From positions 1 to 26,401 of the forward strand of contig JBDRHP010000002.1 of NCBI GenBank assembly GCA_043816785.1: 26,401 nt of DNA, written 5' to 3'. A program made the translations under genes and the position numbers. Below are positions 7,810 through 15,796 of this stretch, piece by piece. The first letter of the stretch is position 1; every line of letters begins with the position of its first letter. Source of the stretch: Candidatus Margulisiibacteriota bacterium (lineage in GTDB: Bacteria; Margulisbacteria; WOR-1; O2-12-FULL-45-9). The notes below the pieces were generated by a model. That model saw only the letters and a program-made list of their open reading frames with translations. It did no database searches and had not been told where the DNA came from.

Positions 7810-8751
7810 ATGAACAAGGTAAAAAGCCTAAATAGAAAAGATCTCCTCGGACTCAAGGACCTCTCAGTTGATGAAATCAAATTAATTCTTAAAACCGCCC
7901 ACTCAATGAAAGAAGTAATTGCGCGCCCGATCCCTAAAGTGCCAACCTTACTGGGCAAACACATCGTCACCCTTTTCTATGAACCGTCAACGCGAACCCG
8001 GACCTCTTTTAACACCGCGGCCAAGGTCCTTTCCGCCAACGTGACTAATGTGGCCATTGCTTCTTCCAGTGTGGTTAAGGGGGAAAACCTGATCGATACT
8101 GTTAAAAACCTGGAGGTCATGGGCCTGGATTGTATTATCATCCGCCACAGCATGGGCGGAGCGCCTCACCTGGCGGCCAAAAACTGCAATGCCGCGGTCA
8201 TCAACGCGGGTGACGGTTTTAACGAACACCCAACCCAAGGGCTGCTTGATATCTTTACCATGGTTGAGAAAAAGAAAACCGTTAAAGACAAAAAGGTCTT
8301 GATCGTGGGAGACATCAGCCATTCCAGGGTCGCGCGCTCCAATATCTGGGGCCTGAAAAAGCTGGGGGCAGAAGTAGTTGTGGTCGGTCCGCCAACCATG
8401 ATCCCGGCCGAAATAGAAAAAATGGGTGTGCGCGTTTCTTTCAACCTTGACCAGGAAATCAAAGATGCGGATTTCATCAATATGTTAAGGATCCAAAGAG
8501 AACGCCAGGAACAATGCCTTTTCCCCTCGGTTGAAGAATATTCCCAACTTTACGGCCTGAACGCTGAAAGAATGAAGCAAGCCAAAAAAGACGTGATCGT
8601 TATGCATCCTGGCCCGATCAATCGCGGAGTGGAAATGACCTCGGAAGTTGCTGACGGACCTTACAACGTCATCTTAGAACAGGTGACCAATGGCGTGGCT
8701 GTCAGGACCGCTCTTCTCTTCCTGCTGTTGGGCGGGAAAAACTCTGACTAA
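7810..8751 (+). CDS. pyrB: Aspartate carbamoyltransferase catalytic subunit
   Basis: LFYEPSTRTRTSF, INAGDG.NEHPTQGLLD, GDISHSRVARS, MHPGPINRGVE, QVTNGVAVR. Confidence 0.97.
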   Translation: MNKVKSLNRKDLLGLKDLSVDEIKLILKTAHSMKEVIARPIPKVPTLLGKHIVTLFYEPSTRTRTSFNTAAKVLSANVTNVAIASSSVVKGENLIDTVKNLEVMGLDCIIIRHSMGGAPHLAAKNCNAAVINAGDGFNEHPTQGLLDIFTMVEKKKTVKDKKVLIVGDISHSRVARSNIWGLKKLGAEVVVVGPPTMIPAEIEKMGVRVSFNLDQEIKDADFINMLRIQRERQEQCLFPSVEEYSQLYGLNAERMKQAKKDVIVMHPGPINRGVEMTSEVADGPYNVILEQVTNGVAVRTALLFLLLGGKNSD

Positions 8752-9346
8752 CAGGCGAAAACGACCTGCGGTGGATCGGACAAGGACCATATTTTTTTAA
8801 TCTTTTCAAATGTTTTTCGGTCCCATAGCCTTTATGCAGGTCGAAACGATATTTGGGGTATTTTTTGTGCAGTTGCAGCATGAGCCTGTCCCGGGTAACT
8901 TTAGCGATAATTGAAGCTGCGGCAATTGACGAACATTTTTTATCTCCAGCAGTAAGCCCTTGTTGTGGGATTGGCAAATCGAGTTTAATTCTGCCGCCGT
9001 CAATCACCAGACAATCTGGCACAACACATAAATTTTCCACTGCCATTTTCATGACCAAAAGATTAGCCTTGCCAATATTTATTTTATCAATTGTTTTATG
9101 GTCAAGAATAGCAACACCAATGGCCAGAGCTTTCTGTTGAATTTCTTTGTAGAATCTTTCGCGCTGTTTTGCAATTAAGCTCTTTGAATCAAGCAGACCC
9201 TTTATTTTCGTGTTGGGAGGAAAGATAACTGCCGCAGCAACAATTGGTCCAGCCAGAGGACCCCGGCCAACCTCATCTACTCCGGCAATTAAAGAAAAAC
9301 CTTTTTTACGAAGTTTATTTTCAATTAAAAATGAAGGTCGCCCCAT
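8702..9346 (-). CDS. rnhB: Ribonuclease HII
   Basis: AGVDEVGRGPLAGP, DSK, IDG, SIAAASIIAKVTRD, HKGYGT, IHRRSF. Confidence 0.96.
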   Translation of the reverse strand: MGRPSFLIENKLRKKGFSLIAGVDEVGRGPLAGPIVAAAVIFPPNTKIKGLLDSKSLIAKQRERFYKEIQQKALAIGVAILDHKTIDKINIGKANLLVMKMAVENLCVVPDCLVIDGGRIKLDLPIPQQGLTAGDKKCSSIAAASIIAKVTRDRLMLQLHKKYPKYRFDLHKGYGTEKHLKRLKKYGPCPIHRRSFSPVSQSFSRPTAGREERS

Positions 9347-9354
9347 TTGGGGGA

Positions 9355-9363
9355 ATTATAGCA
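9355..9363 (-). promoter_or_regulatory. Extended -10 promoter for rnhB (near-leaderless)
   Basis: TGCTATAAT ending 8 nt upstream of the ATG, with no clear SD. Confidence 0.6.
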
Positions 9364-9390
9364 TAAGGTGTCTAAATCTCGACACTTATT

Positions 9391-9507
9391 AACTAACAAC
9401 ACGCCTCGATTTCATCGGGGCTACAACACACAACTTACAACTTTTCCCCAATATTATTATAAAAATTTGTCGTTTGTTCTAAGTCGTTAGTTGTTAGTTA
9501 ATAGTTG
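9391..9507. repeat. Heptamer array (AACTAAC-like) with an inverted partner array (GTTAGTT), containing a REP-like hairpin
   Basis: Left: AACTAAC AACAC.. [hairpin] AACACAC AACTTAC. Right: CTAAGTC GTTAGTT GTTAGTT AATAGTT. Confidence 0.7.
9402..9424 (-). repeat. REP-like element: GTAG followed by a palindrome
   Basis: Minus strand GTAG-CCCCGAT-GAA-ATCGAGG-CG. Confidence 0.55.
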
Positions 9508-9545
9508 GCAATAAGATCGCTACTATTCAAAAAGGGAGGTTCATA

Positions 9546-10565
9546 ATGACTAAAAAGAATCCAGCTAAAAGGAAGTATCAAGAACTTATAGACTCTATTG
9601 GGGTTCTTCTCCAGCAGGCTCAACAGAAAGTCTATCAACAAGTTAATAGTATTCTGGTTAAAACCTATTGGGAAATTGGCAGTCATATTGTTATTTATGA
9701 GCAAAATAGCAAAGAACGCGCCGAATACGGATCAAAACTTCTGGATAAGCTATCAAAAGATCTTAAAAATCGTTATGGCAAAGGTTTTTCCCGCCGCAAT
9801 GTATTAAACATGAGAAATTTCTATCAAGCCTATAAGAAACGGCAGACAGTGTCTGCCATTTTCTCCTGGTCTCATATCGTGGAACTAATTTCATTGGAAG
9901 ACTCCCTTGCGCGCTCTTTTTACGAAAAAGAATGCGTTGCAAACAAATGGAGTGTGCGCGAATTAAGACGCCAGATAGGCTCAATGCTCTTCGAACGCTT
10001 GGCTCTGAGTAAAAACAAAAAGGGCGTCTTAAAACTCGCGGCCAAAGGCCAGCAAACAAAGAAGGCTCAAGATATAGTAAAAGACCCTTATGTCCTAGAG
10101 TTTTTGGGTATTCCAGAAAAACACCAATACTCGGAAGAAGAATTGGAAAAAAGAATTATTGATAATATGCAATCGTTTCTGCTTGAGTTAGGCAAAGGAT
10201 TTTCTTTTGTCGCCCGACAGTTTCGCATCACATTAAACAACAAACATTATCGTGTTGATCTAGTTTTCTACAATCGCATATTAAGATGTTTTGTCTTGAT
10301 CGATCTTAAAATGGGCGCAATTTCTCATGAAGATATCGGCAAGATGAACCTGTACTTGAATTATTTCAAGAAAGAAGAAATGGCTACAGATGACAATGAG
10401 CCGATTGGCATAGTTTTAGGCGCAAAAAAGGATCACGTATTAGTTGAATATGCTTTGGGCGGTATTTCAAATAGATTGTTTGCTGCAAAATATCGCCTTT
10501 CGCTGCCAGACAAAGCGTTGTTGCAAAGAGCCGTTGAGCAAATTATTGATCGCCAAAAAGCTTAG
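9546..10565 (+). CDS. YhcG/DUF1016 PD-(D/E)XK nuclease-domain protein
   Basis: YWEIG, YGSKLL..LSKDL...YGKGFS.RN..NMR.FY, SWSH, WSVREL.RQI, KDPYVLEFLG, FLLELGKGFSFVARQ, DLVFY, IDLK. SD GGAGG. Confidence 0.93.
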   Translation: MTKKNPAKRKYQELIDSIGVLLQQAQQKVYQQVNSILVKTYWEIGSHIVIYEQNSKERAEYGSKLLDKLSKDLKNRYGKGFSRRNVLNMRNFYQAYKKRQTVSAIFSWSHIVELISLEDSLARSFYEKECVANKWSVRELRRQIGSMLFERLALSKNKKGVLKLAAKGQQTKKAQDIVKDPYVLEFLGIPEKHQYSEEELEKRIIDNMQSFLLELGKGFSFVARQFRITLNNKHYRVDLVFYNRILRCFVLIDLKMGAISHEDIGKMNLYLNYFKKEEMATDDNEPIGIVLGAKKDHVLVEYALGGISNRLFAAKYRLSLPDKALLQRAVEQIIDRQKA

Positions 10566-11080
10566 ATCAACCCAAATTTACTAATCGGCCAGATGCGGAT
10601 GAAAGCAGGGCCAATTAAATTTTTCTTGGGTAGAAAACCCCAGTAGCGGCTGTCGGCGGATGCTGGCCGGTTATCCCCCATCACAAAGTAGGCGTCATTA
10701 GGTATTTTAACCGGGCCAAAGCTTGAAAAATCGCTATTCATAGGATGGGTCTCTTTTACCGCCTTAGTATTGATATAAATCACTCCGTCCCTTACTTCAA
10801 AGGTTTCACCCGGCATGCCCATAACTCTCTTGATTAGGTCGCGCTTGGGCTCACCTTCAGCCGCCACCTGTCTAAAAACCATTATTTCTTGGCGGCGCGG
10901 CTGGCGAAAATGATAAGCAACCTTGTTAACCACGATCCGGTCCTGAATATCCAAAGTAGGCTCCATGGAACTAGAGGGGATCCAAAAAACCTGAAGAAAA
11001 AAGGCCCTGATAATAAGGGCCATGATAAAGGCAACGACAATGGTCTCAGTCCAATCAAAAAGCCAGTGCTTTATCCGCAT
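10562..11080 (-). CDS. lepB: Signal peptidase I
   Basis: IPSSSMEPTL, DLIKRVMGMPGE, YFVMGDNR..SADSRYWG. Confidence 0.95.
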   Translation of the reverse strand: MRIKHWLFDWTETIVVAFIMALIIRAFFLQVFWIPSSSMEPTLDIQDRIVVNKVAYHFRQPRRQEIMVFRQVAAEGEPKRDLIKRVMGMPGETFEVRDGVIYINTKAVKETHPMNSDFSSFGPVKIPNDAYFVMGDNRPASADSRYWGFLPKKNLIGPAFIRIWPISKFGLI

Positions 11081-11460
11081 TAAGCGCTCTCTTTCGCAGC
11101 TTCGCTTGCGGGAGCGGCTTTCTCCTCTTCGACTCTGATGGCCTGACTGCCAACGCGTTTGCGCAGGTAATACAACTTGGCTCGTCTGACTTTACCGCTG
11201 CGCAGTACAGAGATCTTTTCCACCTTTGGGGAATGAAGCGGGAAGGTCCGTTCAACGCCAATGCCCTGAACGATCTTTCTCACAGTAAAGGTCTCTCCAA
11301 CGCCGCCACCCTGGCGCTTAATAACTATCCCTTCAAAACCCTGGGATCTTTCTTTCCCACCCTCAATGATCTTGGAAAAGACCTTGATGGTGTCTCCAAC
11401 TTTGAATGGCTGGATCTCCTTTTTCATTTGCGATTTCTCAATATCTTCTATGACTCCCAT
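11080..11460 (-). CDS. rplS: 50S ribosomal protein L19
   Basis: [48 protein letters not shown]. Confidence 0.97.
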   Translation of the reverse strand: MGVIEDIEKSQMKKEIQPFKVGDTIKVFSKIIEGGKERSQGFEGIVIKRQGGGVGETFTVRKIVQGIGVERTFPLHSPKVEKISVLRSGKVRRAKLYYLRKRVGSQAIRVEEEKAAPASEAAKESA

Positions 11461-11475
11461 AATAATCCCCCTTGA

Positions 11476-11588
11476 AATGACTAATGACTAATTAATTAAT
11501 GACGAATGCCGGTAAAAACTTTTTTATTAAAAAAATAATTGCCGCAGGCACACATTCATTAGTCATTCGACATTAGTAATTAGTCATT
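11476..11588. repeat. Direct + inverted heptamer arrays (AATGACT x~5 ... AGTCATT x~4) around an AT-rich spacer
   Basis: AATGACT AATGACT AATTAATT AATGACG AATGCCG ... AGTCATT CGACATT AGTAATT AGTCATT. Confidence 0.85.
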
Positions 11589-12138
11589 CACCGAGCAGCC
11601 TGTCTAATATTATAGCATTTGCAGAGCGAACTGACAAATGATTATAGTCACTTTTGCCTATAATCGGCTCTAAAACACAATCCATTTTCTCAAAAACCTC
11701 TTCAACCAGCCCCCAACCCGTGCCCAGCAGTAAAAGATATGGGTCTGGCGAATTGCTTATTTCTAATTTCAGGTCAGCAAATCTCACCGCCCCATTAGGT
11801 TTGGCGGAAGTGCCCACGATTTTCGGTTTTTGACCCTCCGCCTGGGTAATCTCCTCAATAACCTGTTCCAGCGATTCCTTGACTGAGATCAGCTTAAAGG
11901 CCTCAGCCCTGGTCCAGTTAAATTCCAGGCTACTTTCATCCTGCCAAAAATCAATTATGCGCTCAGCAAATTGTCTTTGGGCTGGCATGGGATTAACCAC
12001 ATAGTATTTCTTGATCCCAAAGGTAACCGCCGCCCTGGCAATATCATGCAGGTCAAAGCCGGTAATACAGGTGGTCACAACCTCTTTGTGTTTGTTGTAA
12101 ACTGGATGATGCAGTAGTGCGAGGTAAACGTTAGCCAT
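11584..12138 (-). CDS. SPOUT-family RNA methyltransferase (DUF2168-like)
   Basis: YLALLHHPVYNK...TT..T.FDLHDIARA, LLLGTGWGL, LEPI.G..DYNHLSVRSA.AIILDRL. Confidence 0.9.
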   Translation of the reverse strand: MANVYLALLHHPVYNKHKEVVTTCITGFDLHDIARAAVTFGIKKYYVVNPMPAQRQFAERIIDFWQDESSLEFNWTRAEAFKLISVKESLEQVIEEITQAEGQKPKIVGTSAKPNGAVRFADLKLEISNSPDPYLLLLGTGWGLVEEVFEKMDCVLEPIIGKSDYNHLSVRSANAIILDRLLGE

Positions 12139-12856
12139 GAGAAAAAATCTCGCTCAGGATCTTTTTGTCCTCATCATTAAGCTCGGCTCGGGCCAGCAAT
12201 TCAGGCCGCTGCCTCAGGGTCTTGCTCAAGGCTTCCTTCCTGCGCCAGCGTTCGATCTCCTGATGGTTGCCAGAAAGCAAAACCTTTGGCACCTTTTTGC
12301 CCTCAAAATCCTCTGGCTTGGTATAGCTGGGGTGATCGAGTAAGCCTTCATAAAATGAGTCTTTTTGGATTGATTCTGCTTCTTTAACTACGCCGGGGAT
12401 CTGCCTGGCCACCGCATCAACCAAAACCATGGCGGGGATCTCTCCGCCGGTCAACACATAATCGCCAATCGAGATCTCCTCATCCACCAGCTCCCTGACC
12501 CGCTCATCCACTCCTTCATAATGTCCACTCAGAATCGTCAAATGGTCATGCTTGGCTAAATCTTTAATTATTTCCTGTGTCAGCAACTTACCTGTAGGAC
12601 ACATAAAAATAATCCTCTGGCCTACGGCCTTCGGCCTTTGGCCTAATGCCTTGCTGATAACATCAGCCTTCATAACCATGCCTGCTCCACCGCCATAGGC
12701 CGTGTCATCAGCAGTTTTGTGTTTATCCGAAGTAAAATCGCGGAGGTTAATGATATTAAAACTTAAAAGGCCCTTGGTTTGGGCCTTTTTAAGCAAACTT
12801 TCATTTAATGGTCCCTGAAACATTTCAGGGAATAGGGTCAGAATTACAATCTGCAC
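12131..12856 (-). CDS. trmD: tRNA (guanine37-N1)-methyltransferase
   Basis: LTLFPEMF, DDTAYGGGAGMVMK, GHYEGVDER, SIGDYVLTGGE, VLLSGNH. Confidence 0.97.
   Translation of the reverse strand: MQIVILTLFPEMFQGPLNESLLKKAQTKGLLSFNIINLRDFTSDKHKTADDTAYGGGAGMVMKADVISKALGQRPKAVGQRIIFMCPTGKLLTQEIIKDLAKHDHLTILSGHYEGVDERVRELVDEEISIGDYVLTGGEIPAMVLVDAVARQIPGVVKEAESIQKDSFYEGLLDHPSYTKPEDFEGKKVPKVLLSGNHQEIERWRRKEALSKTLRQRPELLARAELNDEDKKILSEIFSHG
12619..12653. repeat. Five GGCCTNN heptamers inside trmD
   Basis: GGCCTAC GGCCTTC GGCCTTT GGCCTAA TGCCTTG. Confidence 0.8.
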
Positions 12857-12857
12857 A

Positions 12858-13286
12858 TTAGATTTCGCGGATTTCCTGGATAATACCGTCTTTAACTATG
12901 ACTTCCGCGCCGCCGACTTTTTTGTAAAGGTTGTCACCAACACTAACATTTACCGGGCCTTCAAGCGGCCCCTGGACAAATTCTGAGCCAACTTGCAATT
13001 TCTTGGCATCCTCTGTCTTCATTAAAAGATCAGACTTAGCAGCGGCTTGTTTGGCTTTTTCTTCTTCCATCTGGTGCTTAAAAGCAGCGGCTTTCTGCAT
13101 TAACCCCTTTTTCTTTAAAGCGTCGAGGTATGATTTGCTGCGTTCCGACATTTGCGAAACCTGGTTATCGATATTGTTCACAGCCCGTTCCAATTCTTTG
13201 CCTAAGTTCTCCTTAAAAGCCTCTGTAACAATGGCTTTGACCATTACCACCCTTTTCAATTCGATCATGTTCTTTTTCTCTGCCAT
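12858..13286 (-). CDS. ylqD: YlqD-family protein
   Basis: IELKRVVMVKAIVT, coiled coil, QGPLEGPVNVSVGDNL...AEVIVKDG. Position after khpA and SD GAGGAGG before ATG 13286. Confidence 0.85.
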   Translation of the reverse strand: MAEKKNMIELKRVVMVKAIVTEAFKENLGKELERAVNNIDNQVSQMSERSKSYLDALKKKGLMQKAAAFKHQMEEEKAKQAAAKSDLLMKTEDAKKLQVGSEFVQGPLEGPVNVSVGDNLYKKVGGAEVIVKDGIIQEIREI

Positions 13287-13310
13287 AACGAACCTCCTCT
13301 TTGACAAAAA

Positions 13311-13571
13311 TTAAGCAGACTGCTTGCCTGGTCCCTCATCGTCAGTTAAGATTTCAACCGTAACTTTCCTGTTCTGCTTTGCCGCAGCAGCCTTGGTGAT
13401 CGCTCTGATTGAATTTGCTATCCGGCCTTCCCGGCCAATGACTTTTCCCGCATCTTCAGGAGCCGTCCTGATTTCAAGAATAGTGATTGATTCGCCAGCA
13501 GTTTCCTTAACGCTAATTTGATCAGGCTTATCTACAAGTGCTTTAACAATGTATTCTACTAGTTCCTTCAT
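13311..13571 (-). CDS. khpA: KH-domain RNA-binding protein KhpA
   Basis: MKELVEYIVKALVDKPD, DAGKVIGREGRIANSIR, directly after rpsP. Confidence 0.93.
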   Translation of the reverse strand: MKELVEYIVKALVDKPDQISVKETAGESITILEIRTAPEDAGKVIGREGRIANSIRAITKAAAAKQNRKVTVEILTDDEGPGKQSA

Positions 13572-14035
13572 TTCTGCGCCTCCTCGGCCGGTTCCTGCGC
13601 CTGCTCGGGTTTTGGCTCTCCTCCTTTCGGCTCAGCCTCGGTCTTCACCTCTTCTTTTGGCTTGTCTTCTTTCTTTTCTTCGGCCGGAGCAGCTTCTGTT
13701 TTTGCTTCTCCGCCTTCTGCAGGCTTAGCTTCTGCCTCTGCCTTGATTTGAGCTTTAGATTTCTTTTTTGTCAACGCAGCCAGATCAACCGCCGGCAACA
13801 AACCAGCTTTTCCTAAAAGTATCCGGACCTTGTCAGTTGGTTCAGCACCTTGGGACAGCCAGTATTTTGTTCTTTCCTGATCAACATTAAAAACAGAAGG
13901 ATCTTTGAGGGGGTCATATTGGCCAATGACTTCAATCACTCGGCCACCGCGCGGGGATGATTCATCCTGAACCACCACCCGGTAAAAAGGTTTACTTTTT
14001 GTCCCTTTTCTCTGTAACTTTATCTTTGCACCCAA
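13568..14035 (-). CDS. rpsP: 30S ribosomal protein S16 with an acidic low-complexity C-terminal tail
   Basis: KIKLQRKG.K.KPFYRVVV, IEVIGQYDP, YWLSQGAEPTD. TTG start with SD AAAGGAG. Confidence 0.95.
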   Translation of the reverse strand: MGAKIKLQRKGTKSKPFYRVVVQDESSPRGGRVIEVIGQYDPLKDPSVFNVDQERTKYWLSQGAEPTDKVRILLGKAGLLPAVDLAALTKKKSKAQIKAEAEAKPAEGGEAKTEAAPAEEKKEDKPKEEVKTEAEPKGGEPKPEQAQEPAEEAQK

Positions 14036-14074
14036 AACAGTTCTCCTTTCGCACTATAGTAGTATAACCTGAGA

Positions 14075-14103
14075 ATTATATCAGAAACGGCGTTACCCGT
14101 CAA
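14075..14103 (-). promoter_or_regulatory. Strong sigma-70 promoter of the rpsP operon
   Basis: TTGACG-N17-TATAAT with extended TG. Confidence 0.8.
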
Positions 14104-15144
14104 TTACTTGGTGAGGCGTAAAAGGTAGTTTTTATAGGCAGCAGCAATGTCCTCAATCAAATCTGCGCCAAATTTCTCAAGCATTGCTTTGGCCAGTTCA
14201 ATAGCTACCACTGATTCTCCGATTATCGCGGCTGGTTCAACCGCACAGACATCAGAGCGCTCAACCAGCGCCTCTGTGGCTTTTTTTGTTATAAGATCAA
14301 CTGATTTTAAAGGTTTTTTAAGGGTGGCAATAGGCTTAACAGCCGCATTGATAATGATTGGCTCACCATTGGTCATGCCGCCTTCCAGCCCGCCTGCATT
14401 ATTAGTTTTTCGGTAAAACCCTTTTTCCTTATTATAGAAGATCTCATCGTGGGCCTTGGACCCGGGTAATGAGGCCACGGTAAAGCCATTACCGATCTCT
14501 ACTCCTTTAACTGCTGGAATACCCATAATAGCCCTGGCCAGGTTCGCATCTAGGCGCCGGTCCCAGTGGACATGCGTGCCCAAACCAACGGGAACACCAG
14601 TCACAGTAACTTCAAAAACGCCGCCCAGCGTATCGCCAGCCTCTTTCGCCATATCAATGGCTTTTTTCCATTCTTTTTCCTCTGTTTTGCCGGCGATCTG
14701 CAGAACTTCGCTGAATATATTGATCTTGAACTCAGAAAGAAGCTTCTTGGCGATCGCGCCAACCGCAACCCTGGCGGTAGTTTCCCGGGCAGAAGCCCGC
14801 TCCAGGATATTTCGGACATCTTTTTGATTATATTTTAAAGCTCCAGCCAGGTCCGCGTGCCCTGGACGAAGTTCGGTCACGCTTTTTTCAAAAAACTCGG
14901 TGCTCTTATTAGGAATGCGCAGGCCGATGGGGCTGCCCATAGTTTTTCCGTTCCTGACGCCGGATACGATCTCAGCTTTATCTGCTTCGATCTTCATTCT
15001 TTCGCCGCGGCCATGGCCCTTCTGACGGCGCTCCAAGTCACGGTTTATATCCTCTTCAGAAAGAGACAGATTAGCAGGACAACCTTCAAGAATAGTAAGC
15101 AAGGCGCTTCCGTGGGACTCTCCAGCAGTTAAATATCTAAACAT
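14104..15144 (-). CDS. aroC: Chorismate synthase
   Basis: [46 protein letters not shown]. Start taken at MFRY. Confidence 0.97.
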   Translation of the reverse strand: MFRYLTAGESHGSALLTILEGCPANLSLSEEDINRDLERRQKGHGRGERMKIEADKAEIVSGVRNGKTMGSPIGLRIPNKSTEFFEKSVTELRPGHADLAGALKYNQKDVRNILERASARETTARVAVGAIAKKLLSEFKINIFSEVLQIAGKTEEKEWKKAIDMAKEAGDTLGGVFEVTVTGVPVGLGTHVHWDRRLDANLARAIMGIPAVKGVEIGNGFTVASLPGSKAHDEIFYNKEKGFYRKTNNAGGLEGGMTNGEPIIINAAVKPIATLKKPLKSVDLITKKATEALVERSDVCAVEPAAIIGESVVAIELAKAMLEKFGADLIEDIAAAYKNYLLRLTK

Positions 15145-15153
15145 TGCGAGGCG

Positions 15154-15182
15154 ATTATAACATGCAGCAATCCGATAGGCAA
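15154..15182 (-). promoter_or_regulatory. Sigma-70 promoter for aroC (near-leaderless)
   Basis: TTGCCT-N17-TATAAT with extended TG; the -10 ends 9 nt from the ATG. Confidence 0.7.
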
Positions 15183-15198
15183 GGACAACCAAATATAT

Positions 15199-15227
15199 TT
15201 GTGCTTTTTAGTTTCTTGCTTTATAAT
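15199..15227 (+). promoter_or_regulatory. Sigma-70 promoter for the hypothetical-hypothetical-ilvD unit (near-leaderless)
   Basis: TTGTGC-N17-TATAAT, 8 nt before ATG 15236. Confidence 0.6.
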
Positions 15228-15235
15228 TGACCCTA

Positions 15236-15565
15236 ATGGCCTTGCTCAACAAGCATTTGGAAAACATCCACTTTCAGGATAAGCATTTTATTGGTACGGT
15301 CACCTTTAAAAACGAAGAGCTCGCGCTGCCGGACGGTACCAAAATGGCCTTGGGCATGGATGACGGCCACTGGGTCTTAATTTATCAAAGGCCAGCGGAA
15401 CAACACATGAAGGTCTATAAATACGATCATCACGATAAAAAGATCATGGTCGATCAAAAAGCCGGCCAGGAAAAAGACCTTGACGAGTTCATGGCTCATC
15501 TTAGTTATTTTTTTGAGAACACAAGGACGGAAGACCTGGTAACTTTGCTTCCGCCGCAGGGATAA
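15236..15565 (+). CDS. Hypothetical protein (~109 aa)
   Basis: Open frame with protein-like composition, an upstream promoter and tight spacing to the next ORF. No family recognised. Confidence 0.75.
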   Translation: MALLNKHLENIHFQDKHFIGTVTFKNEELALPDGTKMALGMDDGHWVLIYQRPAEQHMKVYKYDHHDKKIMVDQKAGQEKDLDEFMAHLSYFFENTRTEDLVTLLPPQG

Positions 15566-15568
15566 AAA

Positions 15569-15796
15569 ATGATCGACGTTCACGGCATCGGCGCGTTTGG
15601 CATTGTGCCTTTTTTAAGCGATGACTTGCTTAAGCAATCCAAGCTCGCAAATATTAAAACCCGAGCCGGCAAGGTTGCTTACCTGCTGACCCTGGGGGAG
15701 AAAGCCAAAAAACCCAAGGTCAAAGAAGGCGTGCACGAAGCCCGCGGGGCGTTAAAATGGATCTCAGAAATACTAAAGGAGGAACCAGAACAATGA
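15569..15796 (+). CDS. Hypothetical protein (75 aa)
   Basis: Starts 3 nt after the previous stop; ATGA overlap with the ilvD start. Confidence 0.7.
   Translation: MIDVHGIGAFGIVPFLSDDLLKQSKLANIKTRAGKVAYLLTLGEKAKKPKVKEGVHEARGALKWISEILKEEPEQ

Noticed and set aside
9391..11588. Repeat tracts as CRISPR arrays
   Set aside because: The units are 7-nt tandem repeats with no 23-47-nt repeats separated by unique spacers, and there are no cas genes.
11584..12856. Tandem TrmD and second SPOUT methyltransferase as a novelty
   Set aside because: This pairing or fusion is already known in several anaerobic lineages.
13568..13790. Long Ala/Glu/Lys/Pro tail on S16
   Set aside because: Low-complexity C-terminal extensions of S16 are common in several phyla.
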